Origin: Spirochaetota bacterium
Lineage (GTDB): Bacteria; Spirochaetota; UBA4802; UBA5550
Direction: 5' to 3'
Assembly (NCBI GenBank): GCA_963663865.1
Contig: OY760686.1
Span: forward strand, 2,752,001 to 2,816,000
DNA: 64,000 nt
Under the pieces are notes generated by a model, which had not been told where the DNA came from, ran no database searches, and saw only the letters and a program-made list of their open reading frames with translations. The position numbers were made by a program, and so were the translations under genes. Positions 28,680-39,757 of the stretch are shown piece by piece (the stretch's first letter is position 1; each line of letters starts with the position of its first letter).

Positions 28680-29845
28680 AAAGAGTAACTCCTGATATTT
28701 TCTGCGGAAATCCGCCTTGTTTTATAGTCTACATCAAAGATATCTTCCAGCGATGGATTCTGTATGCTCATGTGGCTTTTCATCGCGTTTTCAATCACGC
28801 GTGTAATATCTGTAAAAGCAATATTCCCATCGAGAAAGGCTTCTACTGCCGCTTCATTAGCCGCATTAAGAACCGCAGGCATGGTCCCTCCCTGAATACC
28901 TGCCTCGTAGCAAAGCTCAAGCGCCGGGTACCTCTCCCTGTCGAACTCTCTGAAATTGAGTGAGCCTATATCTTCGAGTCTCAAACGCCCGAATTTGTTT
29001 CTAACTTTTTCGGGATATTTAAGCGCGGAAAGAATCGGGAGAGCCATGTCAGCAACTCCCATGTGAGCGAAGAGCGAACCGTCGACAGTCTCGACCAGCG
29101 AGTGAATCACGCTCTCAGGATGAATAAGGACTGAGATATCAGAATATGGAACATCAAACAGATAGTGAGCCTCAATGACCTCAAGGCCCTTATTGACAAG
29201 CGTGGCGGAATCGATGGTTATCTTTCTGCCCATGTCCCATGTTGGATGCGCAAGCGCCATCTCCGGTGTGACTTCAGAAAGGCTGCTTAGAGGGCAGTCG
29301 CGGAGACCTCCGCCTGATGCCGTGAGAATAATTCTTTCAAGAGAACCTTCCGGGACATTGCCGAGAAGCGAAAGGACAGCGCTGTGTTCGCTGTCGACAG
29401 GTATAAGCTCAGCTGCGCATTCAGCAGCTGTCTGCATCACTATGCCGCCGGCCATGACCAGCGTTTCCTTGTTGGCAAGAGCCACCCTGCGGCTGTTCCT
29501 GAGTGCGGAGAGCGACGGCCTGAGTCCAGCCGCGCCAACTACAGCCGAAACGCACACATCCACCGCCCTTGAAGCAAGCTCTTCCATTGCCCCGCTTCCG
29601 GCCAGAAACTCTACAGCGGGGAATTCCCTTCTGATAGAAGCGAACTCATCAGATACAGCAGCCTTTTCAGACTCGACGGCAGCGGCCGCCGGCGAGAACA
29701 CAGCGATCTGATCCCTCAAGAGCGCAAGGCTCCCGGAGCATCCGATTCCGTAAACTTCAAACTCTCCGCCCAGGGACTCGATTACCCTCAGAGTAGAACA
29801 GCCGATTGAACCGGTTGAGCCGAGTATTGATACAGATTTTCCCAT
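28676..29845 (-). CDS. dxr: 1-deoxy-D-xylulose-5-phosphate reductoisomerase
   Basis: LGSTGSIG, LANKE, PVDSEHSA, HPTWDMGRKITIDSAT, NKGLEVIEA. Confidence 0.97.
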   Translation of the reverse strand: MGKSVSILGSTGSIGCSTLRVIESLGGEFEVYGIGCSGSLALLRDQIAVFSPAAAAVESEKAAVSDEFASIRREFPAVEFLAGSGAMEELASRAVDVCVSAVVGAAGLRPSLSALRNSRRVALANKETLVMAGGIVMQTAAECAAELIPVDSEHSAVLSLLGNVPEGSLERIILTASGGGLRDCPLSSLSEVTPEMALAHPTWDMGRKITIDSATLVNKGLEVIEAHYLFDVPYSDISVLIHPESVIHSLVETVDGSLFAHMGVADMALPILSALKYPEKVRNKFGRLRLEDIGSLNFREFDRERYPALELCYEAGIQGGTMPAVLNAANEAAVEAFLDGNIAFTDITRVIENAMKSHMSIQNPSLEDIFDVDYKTRRISAENIRSYSL

Positions 29846-29886
29846 TCTTTATCTCTACTGCCGCCTGAAATCAGCAGACAGCCCGA

Positions 29887-30753
29887 TTAAAATCCCCTCA
29901 AAACCAAATAGTAATAGAAAAAAGGCATTGTAAAAATGAGCGCGTCGAACACGTCCCACATTCCTCCGTGTCCGGGTATGATTGAACCAGAGTCCTTTAT
30001 GGAGCTGTCCCGCTTAACGGCTGACTCAGCCAGATCGCCAATGCTCGCAAGTACGCTGATAATTATACCCGCCGCAGCGGCCTCGGTCATGCTGAAAAGG
30101 TATCTGCCGAAAAAGCTCTGTGCCGCCTGCCCGCATATTATCATGGAAAGCATGCTGAAAAGCAGGCCAAAGAAATATCCTTCCCATGATTTCTTGGGCG
30201 ATACCGCAAAATTGGTCTTATGTCTTCCGAAAAATTTCCCCCCAAAATAGGCAGCAGAATCGTTTATCATGACAGTAATATTCAATATCATTATGTAGAA
30301 AAGTCCATTCTTCAAAGACTTCATCAGTATTACGTGCGAAAAAAACATAACGATAAAAACGACTCCGAAAACAGTAACAGCGAGAGAATAAATACCCCCG
30401 CTGATAGGACGCCTGAAAAGCTGAAGGGCAAACACAATGACAATCAGAGCGGCAAATATACCCATGAGGGCTCTTACCTCAAATGCCGGAAGAAATGTCA
30501 ACGCACCGCCGAAGGCGTAATAGTACATAAGAAGATTAACTGCCGTACCGGCGGCAAGTCCAACCGCTATGAACGGCCTTCCAGCCGTATCTTCTTTTAT
30601 CGATATCTGATAAAACTCGTAAAGGCAGGCGAGCGATATTACAAGAGAAACAAGCAGCAACGGCAGTCCATAAAAGCTGTCAGTTATTATCGCGAAAAAG
30701 TAAACAGGCAGAGCCACTGCCGCGCTGAGAATTCTTTTAACCGTTTCGTTCAT
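29887..30753 (-). CDS. cdsA: Phosphatidate cytidylyltransferase
   Basis: SPKKSWEG, GDLAESAVKR...KDSGSIIPGHGG..D. Confidence 0.95.
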   Translation of the reverse strand: MNETVKRILSAAVALPVYFFAIITDSFYGLPLLLVSLVISLACLYEFYQISIKEDTAGRPFIAVGLAAGTAVNLLMYYYAFGGALTFLPAFEVRALMGIFAALIVIVFALQLFRRPISGGIYSLAVTVFGVVFIVMFFSHVILMKSLKNGLFYIMILNITVMINDSAAYFGGKFFGRHKTNFAVSPKKSWEGYFFGLLFSMLSMIICGQAAQSFFGRYLFSMTEAAAAGIIISVLASIGDLAESAVKRDSSIKDSGSIIPGHGGMWDVFDALIFTMPFFYYYLVLRGF

Positions 30754-31463
30754 ATTCCTCCAAATCGTCTGTTTCTTCTTCTGAATTCATCGACCGCCTC
30801 ACGCAGGTGTCCCGGACCGAAATCAGGCCAGAGCACATCGGTAAAAACCATTTCACTGTAGGCAATCTGCCAGAGAAGAAAGTTACTGATACGAAACTCA
30901 CCGCTTGTGCGTATGAGAAGATCAACCGGGGGCATCCCGGCTGTGAAGAGGTGCTTCTCGAGCTTGGCCTCCGTAAGACGGCCAGTGCCTCCTGAAGCGA
31001 TCCAGCGGTTAACCGCCTCGACAATTTCCTGCCGCCCGCCGTAGTTTATACAGAAGTTTATTGTGATATTTCGATTTTTTTTTGTCAGTTCTACTGTTTC
31101 GTTTAAAACACGCCTTGTTCCCGCCGACAGGCGGCTGTTAAAACCGGAGTGAACAACCCTGACACCCTTCTCCATGAGAACAGCCCGTTTGTTCAGAAAA
31201 AACTCGTCCATAAGCTTCCAGAGTGAAACGAGCTCAAGCCTCGGCCTCGTCCAGTTTTCTGTCGAGAAAGCATACAGCGAAAGTACTGAAATCTTCATTT
31301 CCAGAGCAGCATCAAGAAGGCTTTCAATGACCTCGGCGCCGCGCCTGTGCCCTTCGCTTCTCGGCTGTGAATGCTGTTTTGCCCACCTCCCATTGCCGTC
31401 CATAATTATGGCGCAATGGGCCGGGCCGATGCCGGAAGAGCTTTTCTTTTTTTTCTGGTTCAT
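30750..31463 (-). CDS. uppS: Undecaprenyl diphosphate synthase
   Basis: IIMDGNGRWA, YAFSTENW, NYGGR, RTSGEFRISNFLLWQ. Confidence 0.97.
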   Translation of the reverse strand: MNQKKKKSSSGIGPAHCAIIMDGNGRWAKQHSQPRSEGHRRGAEVIESLLDAALEMKISVLSLYAFSTENWTRPRLELVSLWKLMDEFFLNKRAVLMEKGVRVVHSGFNSRLSAGTRRVLNETVELTKKNRNITINFCINYGGRQEIVEAVNRWIASGGTGRLTEAKLEKHLFTAGMPPVDLLIRTSGEFRISNFLLWQIAYSEMVFTDVLWPDFGPGHLREAVDEFRRRNRRFGGI

Positions 31464-31490
31464 TATCAGCGCGTCTCCGGGAGTTCAGCC

Positions 31491-32048
31491 TCAGTTGCTG
31501 AGAATTTCCTTCTCCTTATTGTCGCTGTAGGTCTGAACATTTTCAATATACTTATCAGTAACCTTCTGAATTCTCGCCTGACTGTCTCTTGAATCGTCCT
31601 CGGATATCTCTTTGTCTTTCTCAAGCGACTTGACCATTTCGTTACCGTCACGCCTGATATTTCTGATGGCGACCCTGCACTCTTCAGCTTTTGTCTTCGC
31701 AAGTTTTACATACTCTTTACGCCTCTCCTCAGTCAGCTCTGGAATCTGTATCCTTATCAGGTTGCCGTCATTTGCCGGATTAACCGAAAGATCAGACTTG
31801 AGAATGGCCTTTTCAATCTCGCCAAGATTTGTCTTGTCCCATGGCTGAATCACCACCATTCTGGGTTCGGGAATTGATATTGTAGCCACCTGATTGAGAG
31901 GCATCTGGGCCCCGTAAACGTTTACAAAAAGGCCCTCAAACATGGCCGGATTTGCCCGGCCCGTTCTTATTGACGCGAAATCCCTCTGAAGAGCAAGAAT
32001 GCTCTTATTCATTCTGTCTTCAACGTCCCTGATTATATCATCTACCAT
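31491..32048 (-). CDS. frr: Ribosome recycling factor
   Basis: Start at ATG 32048; IRTGRANP, PELTEERRKE, RVAIRNIRRD. Confidence 0.97.
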   Translation of the reverse strand: MVDDIIRDVEDRMNKSILALQRDFASIRTGRANPAMFEGLFVNVYGAQMPLNQVATISIPEPRMVVIQPWDKTNLGEIEKAILKSDLSVNPANDGNLIRIQIPELTEERRKEYVKLAKTKAEECRVAIRNIRRDGNEMVKSLEKDKEISEDDSRDSQARIQKVTDKYIENVQTYSDNKEKEILSN

Positions 32049-32061
32049 ACAGTCCCCCGTA

Positions 32062-32793
32062 TCAGGAAATAATAGTTCCTGTTTTTTCACCTCTGGCCGC
32101 CCTCACCAGAGCCCCCTTTTCAAACAGGTTAAATACCATTATGGGCAATGAGTTCTCCATGCACAGAGACACGCAGGTGAGGTCAAGCACTCTAAGCTTT
32201 TCCTCAATGATTCTCTGGTAGGAAATTTTTTCGATCTTTTGCGCGGATGGGTCTTTCTCCGGATCACCGGTGTAAACACCGTCTACCCTCGTGGCCTTCA
32301 GCATGATATCCGCACCGAGCTCAACAGCCCTCAATCCCGCCGCGGTATCGGTCGTAAAAAAAGGGTGTCCCGTTCCGCCGGCAGCGATAACGACAGAGCC
32401 CTGTTCAAGCCTGCTTAAAGCCGTTCCGATTGCGTAAGGCTCGGCAAATGCTTTCATTTCCACCGAGGTCATTACTGCCGCCGGGCAGCCCTTCTTCTCG
32501 AGTGAGTCAGCCAGCGCGAGAGAATTCATTACAGTAGCCAGCATTCCCATATGATCGCCGGTCACCCTTGATATTCCAAGATTTTCGCCCGAGGCTCCCC
32601 TGAAAAAGTTGCCCGCTCCGACAACGACCGCAAGCTGCACACCGGCCTCGCGAACTTCAGCTATCTCTGAACACATTACTTCGAGGATCTGAGGATCAAG
32701 GCCTCTGCCGCGTTCTCCGGCAAGGGCCTCTCCGCTCAATTTGAGAAGTATCCGCCTGTAGCGGGGCGGATTCCCGTTTCTATCAGCACACAT
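32062..32793 (-). CDS. pyrH: UMP kinase
   Basis: LLKLSGEAL, GAGNFFRG, GMLATVMN, PFFTTDT. Confidence 0.97.
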   Translation of the reverse strand: MCADRNGNPPRYRRILLKLSGEALAGERGRGLDPQILEVMCSEIAEVREAGVQLAVVVGAGNFFRGASGENLGISRVTGDHMGMLATVMNSLALADSLEKKGCPAAVMTSVEMKAFAEPYAIGTALSRLEQGSVVIAAGGTGHPFFTTDTAAGLRAVELGADIMLKATRVDGVYTGDPEKDPSAQKIEKISYQRIIEEKLRVLDLTCVSLCMENSLPIMVFNLFEKGALVRAARGEKTGTIIS

Positions 32794-32796
32794 ATA

Positions 32797-33390
32797 TTAT
32801 CCGATCTGATATCTTGTAAAACGACCGACCTCGATAGGCTCACCGTACACGGCAACCTTCGACTTGATAAGATCCTTTATGACGACACTGCTGTCCTTGA
32901 TATACTCCTGCTCAAGAAGGCAAACCTCAGAGTAGTACTTGGCGATTTTGCCATCGATGATCTTTTCCAGAACATTTTCAGGCTTGCCCGAATCCTTCAT
33001 CTGCTCACGGGCAATATCTCTTTCCTTCTCTACTACTTCAGCAGGCACATCATCAACACTGACATACTGCGGAGAAGAAGCGGCTATCTGCATGCACAGT
33101 TCCTTTGCGAGAGTCTGAAAATCGTCATTTCTTGCGACAAAATCAGTCTCGCACTTGAGCTCGATTAGAACTCCAACCTTGTTGTTACTGTGAATATATG
33201 ACGCCACGATACCTTCTGTTGCCTGTCGTGTCATTTTTTTATCGGCGGAAGCAAGTCCCTTTTTACGAAGAAACTCAACCGCTTTGTCCATATCTCCATC
33301 CATCTCGGCAAGGGCCTTCTTGCAGTCAAGCATTCCCGCCTGCGTTTTTTCTCTGAGTTGCTTAATCATTTCACTTGTTATCTCTGCCAC
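32797..33390 (-). CDS. tsf: Elongation factor Ts (short form)
   Basis: LREKTQAGMLDCKKAL, CETDFVARN. Confidence 0.97.
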   Translation of the reverse strand: MAEITSEMIKQLREKTQAGMLDCKKALAEMDGDMDKAVEFLRKKGLASADKKMTRQATEGIVASYIHSNNKVGVLIELKCETDFVARNDDFQTLAKELCMQIAASSPQYVSVDDVPAEVVEKERDIAREQMKDSGKPENVLEKIIDGKIAKYYSEVCLLEQEYIKDSSVVIKDLIKSKVAVYGEPIEVGRFTRYQIG

Positions 33391-33473
33391 TGACTTTCTC
33401 CTTATCGTAATTTATAAAGAACCCCGGTAAAACCATGGCTGATTCAACCGGGTTGAACGAAAGCGCTAAGCTG

Positions 33474-34280
33474 TTACCAGCTTTTCGCCTTTTCGTTGTC
33501 TTCGTAATCATCGGATTCGCCGGATTTGGCTGAAGATGCTTCTTCTGCTTCATCAGCAGATACTTCACCTTCCTCATCAACCTGCTGGTCAGACTGACCT
33601 CCAGATTGGCCTTCAATTACGGCGTTTGCCATAACTTCAAGGAAAAGAGCGATCGCTCTGATGGCATCATCATTTCCGGGAATAGGATAATCTATTTCAT
33701 CCGGATTACAGTTAGTGTCTACTACAGCGAAAATTGGAATACCGAGCCTGCGCGCCTCCGCGACCGCAATTGTCTCTCTCTTCGGATCGATAATAAACAT
33801 GGCGTCAGGAAGTTTTTTCATATCCTTGATGCCGGCAAGTATCTTGTCCTTTTTCTCAAGCTCTCTCTCAAGATCAAGAATTTCTTTTTTTGTTTCCGCG
33901 TCCCACTTGCCTGTTTCTTTCATCTTTTCAAGCTCTTTTAGCCTGTCAATAGAATAGCTGACAGTCTTAAAGTTTGTGAGCAATCCGCCAAGCCACCTCT
34001 CTGCGATGTAGAACATTCCGCATTTCTGGGCATGCTCAATTATCGCGCTCTGGGCCTGTTTCTTGGTTCCCACAAAAAGGACTTTACCGCCTTTAGCTGC
34101 CAGGTCAAGCATAGCGGCATGTGCAATCTTTACCCTCTGCATTGTCTTCTGCAGGTCTATGATGTGAATCCCGTTTCTCGCTGTGAAGATAAACTGACCC
34201 ATTTTAGGATTCCATCTTCTGGTCTGGTGTCCGAAATGTACTCCGGACTCAAGTAAGGCTTTCATTGATACTACTGCCAA
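33474..34280 (-). CDS. rpsB: 30S ribosomal protein S2
   Basis: [36 protein letters not shown]; TTG start. Confidence 0.98.
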   Translation of the reverse strand: MAVVSMKALLESGVHFGHQTRRWNPKMGQFIFTARNGIHIIDLQKTMQRVKIAHAAMLDLAAKGGKVLFVGTKKQAQSAIIEHAQKCGMFYIAERWLGGLLTNFKTVSYSIDRLKELEKMKETGKWDAETKKEILDLERELEKKDKILAGIKDMKKLPDAMFIIDPKRETIAVAEARRLGIPIFAVVDTNCNPDEIDYPIPGNDDAIRAIALFLEVMANAVIEGQSGGQSDQQVDEEGEVSADEAEEASSAKSGESDDYEDNEKAKSW

Positions 34281-34504
34281 TTAGGTTACCCCCTGTAAAA
34301 ATATAATTGTATTCTACCTCCCGCCGCGGGACATCAGCAAAAATCGAGCGGCGGGTCTTTAAATGCCACGGCCTGAAGCCGTACGGCAACGGTATTCAAA
34401 AAAGGAAATTGCCCATCTCAAGGAATGAAGGCAACCGGCCTCTGCCGATTTATATCCGGAATCTGCCCTCAACAGCAGAATCGGAGAATAACCGCGGGTG
34501 CGGC
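34281..34504 (-). promoter_or_regulatory. Structured rpsB 5' leader (probable S2 autoregulatory RNA)
   Basis: GC-rich non-coding gap with several stems, e.g. CCCGCCGC 34320-34327 / GCGGCGGG 34348-34355 followed by AGG on the minus strand; position upstream of rpsB-tsf. Confidence 0.5.
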
Positions 34505-34741
34505 CTAAACCCTTCTAAACAGGATAAATCCGAGAATCATCCCGACAATAGCTGAAAGGTTTATCTTAAGACTAAAAGAAACAACTTCAAGGCTGAAGCC
34601 GAGGGGCCCGGTCAGGCTCTTTGTCAGCAGCGAAAACTGCGGAACCGCCCTCGCAATCAAGGTTCCCAGTGCAGAACCCAGTACTGCTCCCACAATGAGA
34701 AACAGAATCAGAAAGCTAATATTGGACCTCTCAAAGTACAT
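34505..34741 (-). CDS. Small membrane protein (DUF4321-like)
   Basis: 78 aa, LIVGAVLGS, FSLKINLSAIVG pattern. Confidence 0.7.
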   Translation of the reverse strand: MYFERSNISFLILFLIVGAVLGSALGTLIARAVPQFSLLTKSLTGPLGFSLEVVSFSLKINLSAIVGMILGFILFRRV

Positions 34742-34849
34742 AATTCCATTTGGAGCTAATGCCCCGGTTTGTCAAGTTTTTTAGGATAATCAACTGTAAA
34801 GATTGCAGGCCAATTATACTACGCTTTACGACAACTTCGATAAAAACAC

Positions 34850-34878
34850 TTGAGTTTAACATGAAATATGTATATAAT
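34850..34878 (+). promoter_or_regulatory. Sigma-70 promoter of the MCP-SRAP genes
   Basis: TTGAGT-17 nt-TATAAT. Confidence 0.6.
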
Positions 34879-34964
34879 TTGAGGTTGAACTCATTACCAG
34901 CAGCAGAGTTACACATTCAGAAAACCGTCCGCATCAGTCATGCGGAGAAAATTGAGGAGGATAT

Positions 34965-36665
34965 ATGTTCTCATTCGTCAGAAAAAAATTAGGGAGAAGG
35001 ATAATGCTTGCCGGTATTCTTCTCACATCCCTGTCAATATCTCTCGCGACCTTCATCGCTATGCACGAATTCGTCGCATCGGCTGAAAAAAAGGCCTATA
35101 CTGATCTCGAAAATAAGTTACAGGTAAAAAAGTATATTTTAAGCCTCAAGGGGGGCTTCAACATAAACGAGGGCAAACTATACGCGGGGGACTACCTTAT
35201 AAATGACAACCATGAGATTGTTGACAGACTGGCCCAGATATTCGGCGGCATTACCACCGTTTTTCAAAAAAACATCAGGGTTTCCACGAGCCTGAAAAAC
35301 AGCGACGGCACACGCCCCATCGGGACGGAAATAGATCCTGATGTTTATTCCAGCCTTTTCACCGAAAAGAATGACGTTTTTATCGGAGAGGCGGATGTAG
35401 TAGGAATACCCTCCTACACCCGGTACGAGTCAATTAAAGACAATAATGGAACCACAATTGGAGCCGTTTCATACGCGGTTGCCATCTCAGACTATGTTCA
35501 GCCCATTTACAGCATGCTCAACAGAATAATCATAATCTCTCTGATTATAGTAGTGATATCAGGGCTCCTTGCAGTCATGTTCGGGCGTAGAGTCGCGGCT
35601 TCTCTGGATCTTGTCTCAAAGTTCTCTCAGGACCTGGCAAAAGGGAACCTGTCCGCAAAAGTAAGCATCAACCGTCAGGATGAACTTGGCCGTATGGCAT
35701 CTGACCTGAACAAGATGAAGAACATTCTCAGTGAAACCGTGGCGGAGATATCCGATATATCGCACTCGCTCTCGACAAGCTCAGAGGAGCTTGCAGCCGC
35801 GTCAGACAGCTTTTCCTCTTCAGCCCAGTCCGGAGCAGCCAGCTCTGAGGAGATAACATCAACCATAGAGGAGCTGACCGCAGGAATGGAAAGCATTGCC
35901 GGGAATACTGAGAACCAGAAGAGACTCATAGACAGCCTCATGGGCCGTCTGGAGGTTTTCTCCGAAAACGCGCTTGAAACACAGAGAATGATCAACGAAA
36001 CCAAGCAGCTTGCATCACGGATCAACAGCGAGGCCGATGCTGGCGAAAAAAGGCTTAATGTAATGAGCAACACGATGAACCGCATCGGCTCCGCATCTTC
36101 CGAAATGCTGGACATCACCACTATAATAAACGACATATCAGATCAGATAAATCTGCTCTCACTTAACGCCGCCATTGAGGCCGCGAGGGCCGGAGACTTC
36201 GGCAGAGGCTTCGCTGTTGTCGCGGACGAGATTTCCAAACTCGCCGACCAGACCTCAAGCAGCATCAAAAACATTGACAGCCTCATCAAGCGGACAAACG
36301 CGGAGATAAAGGAAGGCCTCGTTCAGGTCACTGAGACCGTCCGCTCAATAAGCAACATCGTCGACGGCGTCGAAAACATCAACTCAATGATGGACAGGCA
36401 GATAGACGTGGTTTCAAAGCTGGACACGTCCAGACGCGAGGTGGAGGAAGATGCGGTCCAGGTTGTTGAAAGGGCGCAGCTCATTAAAGACGCCACACAT
36501 GAGCAGGAGCTCGCCGCAAACGAGATAGTCTCGACCGTCGGAAACATTGCCGAGCTGAATCAGTCCATAGCCTCCGGCGCCGAAGAGCTTTCAGCCAGTT
36601 CTCATACTATTGCCAGAACAGCGGAGACACTCAGAACCCGCCTTGATTTTTTCAGGAATGAGTAA
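34965..36665 (+). CDS. Methyl-accepting chemotaxis protein (Cache sensor, HAMP, MA domain)
   Basis: Two TMs, RVSTS..GTRPIGT Cache motif, [36 protein letters not shown]. Confidence 0.95.
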   Translation: MFSFVRKKLGRRIMLAGILLTSLSISLATFIAMHEFVASAEKKAYTDLENKLQVKKYILSLKGGFNINEGKLYAGDYLINDNHEIVDRLAQIFGGITTVFQKNIRVSTSLKNSDGTRPIGTEIDPDVYSSLFTEKNDVFIGEADVVGIPSYTRYESIKDNNGTTIGAVSYAVAISDYVQPIYSMLNRIIIISLIIVVISGLLAVMFGRRVAASLDLVSKFSQDLAKGNLSAKVSINRQDELGRMASDLNKMKNILSETVAEISDISHSLSTSSEELAAASDSFSSSAQSGAASSEEITSTIEELTAGMESIAGNTENQKRLIDSLMGRLEVFSENALETQRMINETKQLASRINSEADAGEKRLNVMSNTMNRIGSASSEMLDITTIINDISDQINLLSLNAAIEAARAGDFGRGFAVVADEISKLADQTSSSIKNIDSLIKRTNAEIKEGLVQVTETVRSISNIVDGVENINSMMDRQIDVVSKLDTSRREVEEDAVQVVERAQLIKDATHEQELAANEIVSTVGNIAELNQSIASGAEELSASSHTIARTAETLRTRLDFFRNE

Positions 36666-36673
36666 GCCTGCTC

Positions 36674-37351
36674 ATGTGCGGCAGGTTCGCCCAGACTATT
36701 CCGTTAAAAGTTATTGCACAGAGGTTTTCCGCCGATGAAGTCCTGTGCTCAGAGTCTCCCTCATTCAACATTGCCCCGGGCAGACTTGTTTATGTCCTCA
36801 AACAGGGCATTAAAAGGCAGGTGGTCAATATGAGGTGGGGGATATCAACCCGCACAGCGAGCTCACCCTCTCCGGTGAACCTCATCAATTCAAGAGCGGA
36901 AACCGTAACCTCGAGACCTTACTATAGGAAGCTTCTCCTGACATCGAGATGCATTATCCCTGCCGATGGATTTTATGAGTGGACAAAGACCATCGCAGGG
37001 AAACAACCCGTGTTTGTAAAATCACTCGACGGTCAACCTCTGGCGATGGCCGGTATATACAGCAGCTCAGAGTCTGATGAAAGCGGCTCCGAATACTCGT
37101 TCTCCATCATAACCGCAGAGGCACCGGACTGGTTCAGGGAAATACACAACCGAATCCCGATAACAATCAGCCTGATATCCGCCGAAAAATGGCTGTCACC
37201 CGACAGTGGAGGCAACAGCGTCATAGATATGGTGACTGTTCCTGCAGAAAAGAACCTTGAATACTTCGCAGTTTCAAGCCTGGTTAACTCCGCTGCAAAC
37301 GACGGCGAAGAACTTACACTCCCGGCAAATGTAAATAAACTCTTCAAATAA
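36674..37351 (+). CDS. SOS response-associated peptidase (SRAP/YedK/HMCES family)
   Basis: N-terminal MCGRF, FNIAP, MRWG, INSRAET, RCIIPADGFYEW, IHNRIP. Confidence 0.92.
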   Translation: MCGRFAQTIPLKVIAQRFSADEVLCSESPSFNIAPGRLVYVLKQGIKRQVVNMRWGISTRTASSPSPVNLINSRAETVTSRPYYRKLLLTSRCIIPADGFYEWTKTIAGKQPVFVKSLDGQPLAMAGIYSSSESDESGSEYSFSIITAEAPDWFREIHNRIPITISLISAEKWLSPDSGGNSVIDMVTVPAEKNLEYFAVSSLVNSAANDGEELTLPANVNKLFK

Positions 37352-37353
37352 CT

Positions 37354-38370
37354 TCATTCTATTTCAGTAAGGTTGTATTCAATTTTTTTAACTTTGCCGT
37401 TCCCGTAATCGCATACAAATACCTCTCCCTCTTTCCCGGCAGCCACTCCTCTCGGCCTGTTAAACTCAGCGCTTTCAGCATCCCCTTCCGAGTCCCCTGA
37501 TTTTCCGTTTCCTGCAATTGTTATTACATTGCCCGAAGGTGTTATTACCTGAACACGATTGTTATTCTCATCTGTAACAAACAGTGCACCATTTTTATCA
37601 ACCGAGATTCCGTGAGGAGCGTCAAAAAGTGCTTCTTCGGCAGCTCCCGTCAAAGTACCCCCCGTTGAATCAGGTGTCAGCTCTTCTACCAGGACAGTCC
37701 CTTCGTCGCTGTTTTCAGGAACTGTTACCTTAATAACATTATTGCTGTTTTCTCCAATATCTGTCGCATACACAGATATTGAACCATCCTGATCTTCGGT
37801 GAGCGCTATTCCATGCGGCGACTCAACATCACTGTATCCTTCAAGCAGACTTTCCGGAACACCCGCCGCACCAGTCATAGGGTTTATTGGAACCCTGTAG
37901 ATGTCGCCGCTGCCCTGGTCTGAAACATACAGGTTGCCGCTGCTGTCAACCGCTACACCAGTTGGATTTACTATATCAGCGCCATCAAGCAGAACCTGCA
38001 GGCCATTTTCTTCGTTGTAAACATAAACGGCCCCTGTTGATTCACCCTGAGTCTCTCCGTCTTCCATACCTGTGTCCGCTATATATATAGTCGTAATATC
38101 TTCATTTTCTACAACGGCTATACCGTCGGGATTGATCCCTTCATCAAGCTCTATCACAGCAGGCTCAGAATCCTCAAGGGCCGGATAAACAATAACTTCA
38201 CCCTGATTTACGTCGGTCACATAAATGTCTCCATTTCCGGCTATTGCTACTCCGTCAGGATACCCTCCAGGGGCGGCATAGGTTTGCACCGTAGCTTTAT
38301 AATCAGAATCTTCAGAATCAGAACAGGCCGTAATAAAAACAGCAGCGGCAAAAATAATTATAAGTTTCAT
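37354..38370 (-). CDS. NHL-repeat beta-propeller lipoprotein, very acidic
   Basis: ITAC lipobox; repeated P.G(I/V)A...G.(I/L)Y(V/I).D units, FDAPHGI, FNRPRGV. Confidence 0.85.
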   Translation of the reverse strand: MKLIIIFAAAVFITACSDSEDSDYKATVQTYAAPGGYPDGVAIAGNGDIYVTDVNQGEVIVYPALEDSEPAVIELDEGINPDGIAVVENEDITTIYIADTGMEDGETQGESTGAVYVYNEENGLQVLLDGADIVNPTGVAVDSSGNLYVSDQGSGDIYRVPINPMTGAAGVPESLLEGYSDVESPHGIALTEDQDGSISVYATDIGENSNNVIKVTVPENSDEGTVLVEELTPDSTGGTLTGAAEEALFDAPHGISVDKNGALFVTDENNNRVQVITPSGNVITIAGNGKSGDSEGDAESAEFNRPRGVAAGKEGEVFVCDYGNGKVKKIEYNLTEIE

Positions 38371-38416
38371 CTATTTCCCTCCGGAGTTATGAAATCAGCT
38401 ATTTCACTATTTTAAT

Positions 38417-38445
38417 ATATTATAAATTTCCAGTGAACTTGTCAA
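38417..38445 (-). promoter_or_regulatory. Sigma-70 promoter of the NHL gene
   Basis: TTGACA-17 nt-TAATAT on the minus strand. Confidence 0.5.
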
Positions 38446-38554
38446 CCTCGGCTTAAAAAATATGCTTGTTAAAATAGAGCACATTGTGTAATGACATATC
38501 TTGTCCTGACGCACCTCACAGCTTTTCGATAATGCTCACCGGAGTAATGGAATA

Positions 38555-39757
38555 ATGGATACCAGACACAATATTCTCCTGTTCGGTCCGTCAGACTGGT
38601 GGACAATGAATCCGAGCAGCGGAACGCACGCGGCTGAAAAACTGAGCAGACACGGCAGAGTACTTTACATAAATCCTGTCAGCACTGACCTGAAGGGGAC
38701 GTTAAAAACGAGCGGTTTATCGACGGGCCTGCTTCGAAAAATTTTTAGAAAGCTTAAAAGCTTTCTAAAAGCGGTTAGAAAGGTCAAAAAGGACCTCTAC
38801 GTTTTCAGCCCGATATTCATTCCGGCCCAGGGCAACCGCTTAGTAGACACAATAAACAATATCCTCATATTTATTCAAATATGGGCTGTAATGTCAGCAT
38901 TGAGAATCAACAGAAGGATAATCTGGCTTGAGAACAACCGCGCCGCTGATTTTGTAAAATACTTCAGATCGAAACTCATTGTTTACCAGGTATCGGATCT
39001 GTATATTGACGACAGCTTTGTGACAAACAGAAATTCTCTCATAAGAAGAGACAGCCTCGCAACAAAGAAAAGCGATATCATAATTTGCGTCTCAAAAGAA
39101 CTCTACGAATGGAAAATCAAGTCAAACCCCAGGACCTATTACATCCCTCACGGGGTTGATTTTGACCTTTTCCAGCAAGCCCTTGCCTCCGGTGAAAGGC
39201 CGGCTTTCCTTCCTGAGACCGGCAAGCCGGTGGCAGGTTACTATGGGACGCTGACTGATTCAAATGACATTGAAACCCTGCAAATTTGTGCCGAGAAGCT
39301 TACTGACTGTATCTTTGTGTTAGCAGGCACCATAACCGTCGGAGACTACAGCGGCCTTAAAAATCTTCCCAATGTAATTTTTCCCGGGCGCATAGAATAT
39401 GCCGAGATTCCAAAGCTTTGCGCTTCATTTGATGTGTGCCTTCTGCCCTGGAAAATGTGCTCATGGATTGAGCATTGCAATCCGCTCAAGCTTTTCGAAT
39501 ACATGGCCTGCGGGAAACCCGTCGTGTCTGTCCCCATCAAGGAGGTAGTTGCAAACTACTCAGACATTGTCAGCATTGCGGGCAACAGCGCCGAATTCTG
39601 CAGGGCCATTTCGCGGGAGCTTAAGCATGATACCGAGAAAAGGCGCATGAAGCGGATTAAAATAGCGGAGCAGAATTCCTGGGAAAATCACATTCAGCAA
39701 ATTCTTTCCCTCATTGACAGAGCTCTAAAGGAAAAGTCTGAAAGGAGGCCTCGATGA
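38555..39757 (+). CDS. GT-B glycosyltransferase (TuaH/GumK-like)
   Basis: VLYINP, IPHGVD, GYYGTL, FDVCLLP, NPLKLFEYMACGKPVVS. Confidence 0.88.
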   Translation: MDTRHNILLFGPSDWWTMNPSSGTHAAEKLSRHGRVLYINPVSTDLKGTLKTSGLSTGLLRKIFRKLKSFLKAVRKVKKDLYVFSPIFIPAQGNRLVDTINNILIFIQIWAVMSALRINRRIIWLENNRAADFVKYFRSKLIVYQVSDLYIDDSFVTNRNSLIRRDSLATKKSDIIICVSKELYEWKIKSNPRTYYIPHGVDFDLFQQALASGERPAFLPETGKPVAGYYGTLTDSNDIETLQICAEKLTDCIFVLAGTITVGDYSGLKNLPNVIFPGRIEYAEIPKLCASFDVCLLPWKMCSWIEHCNPLKLFEYMACGKPVVSVPIKEVVANYSDIVSIAGNSAEFCRAISRELKHDTEKRRMKRIKIAEQNSWENHIQQILSLIDRALKEKSERRPR

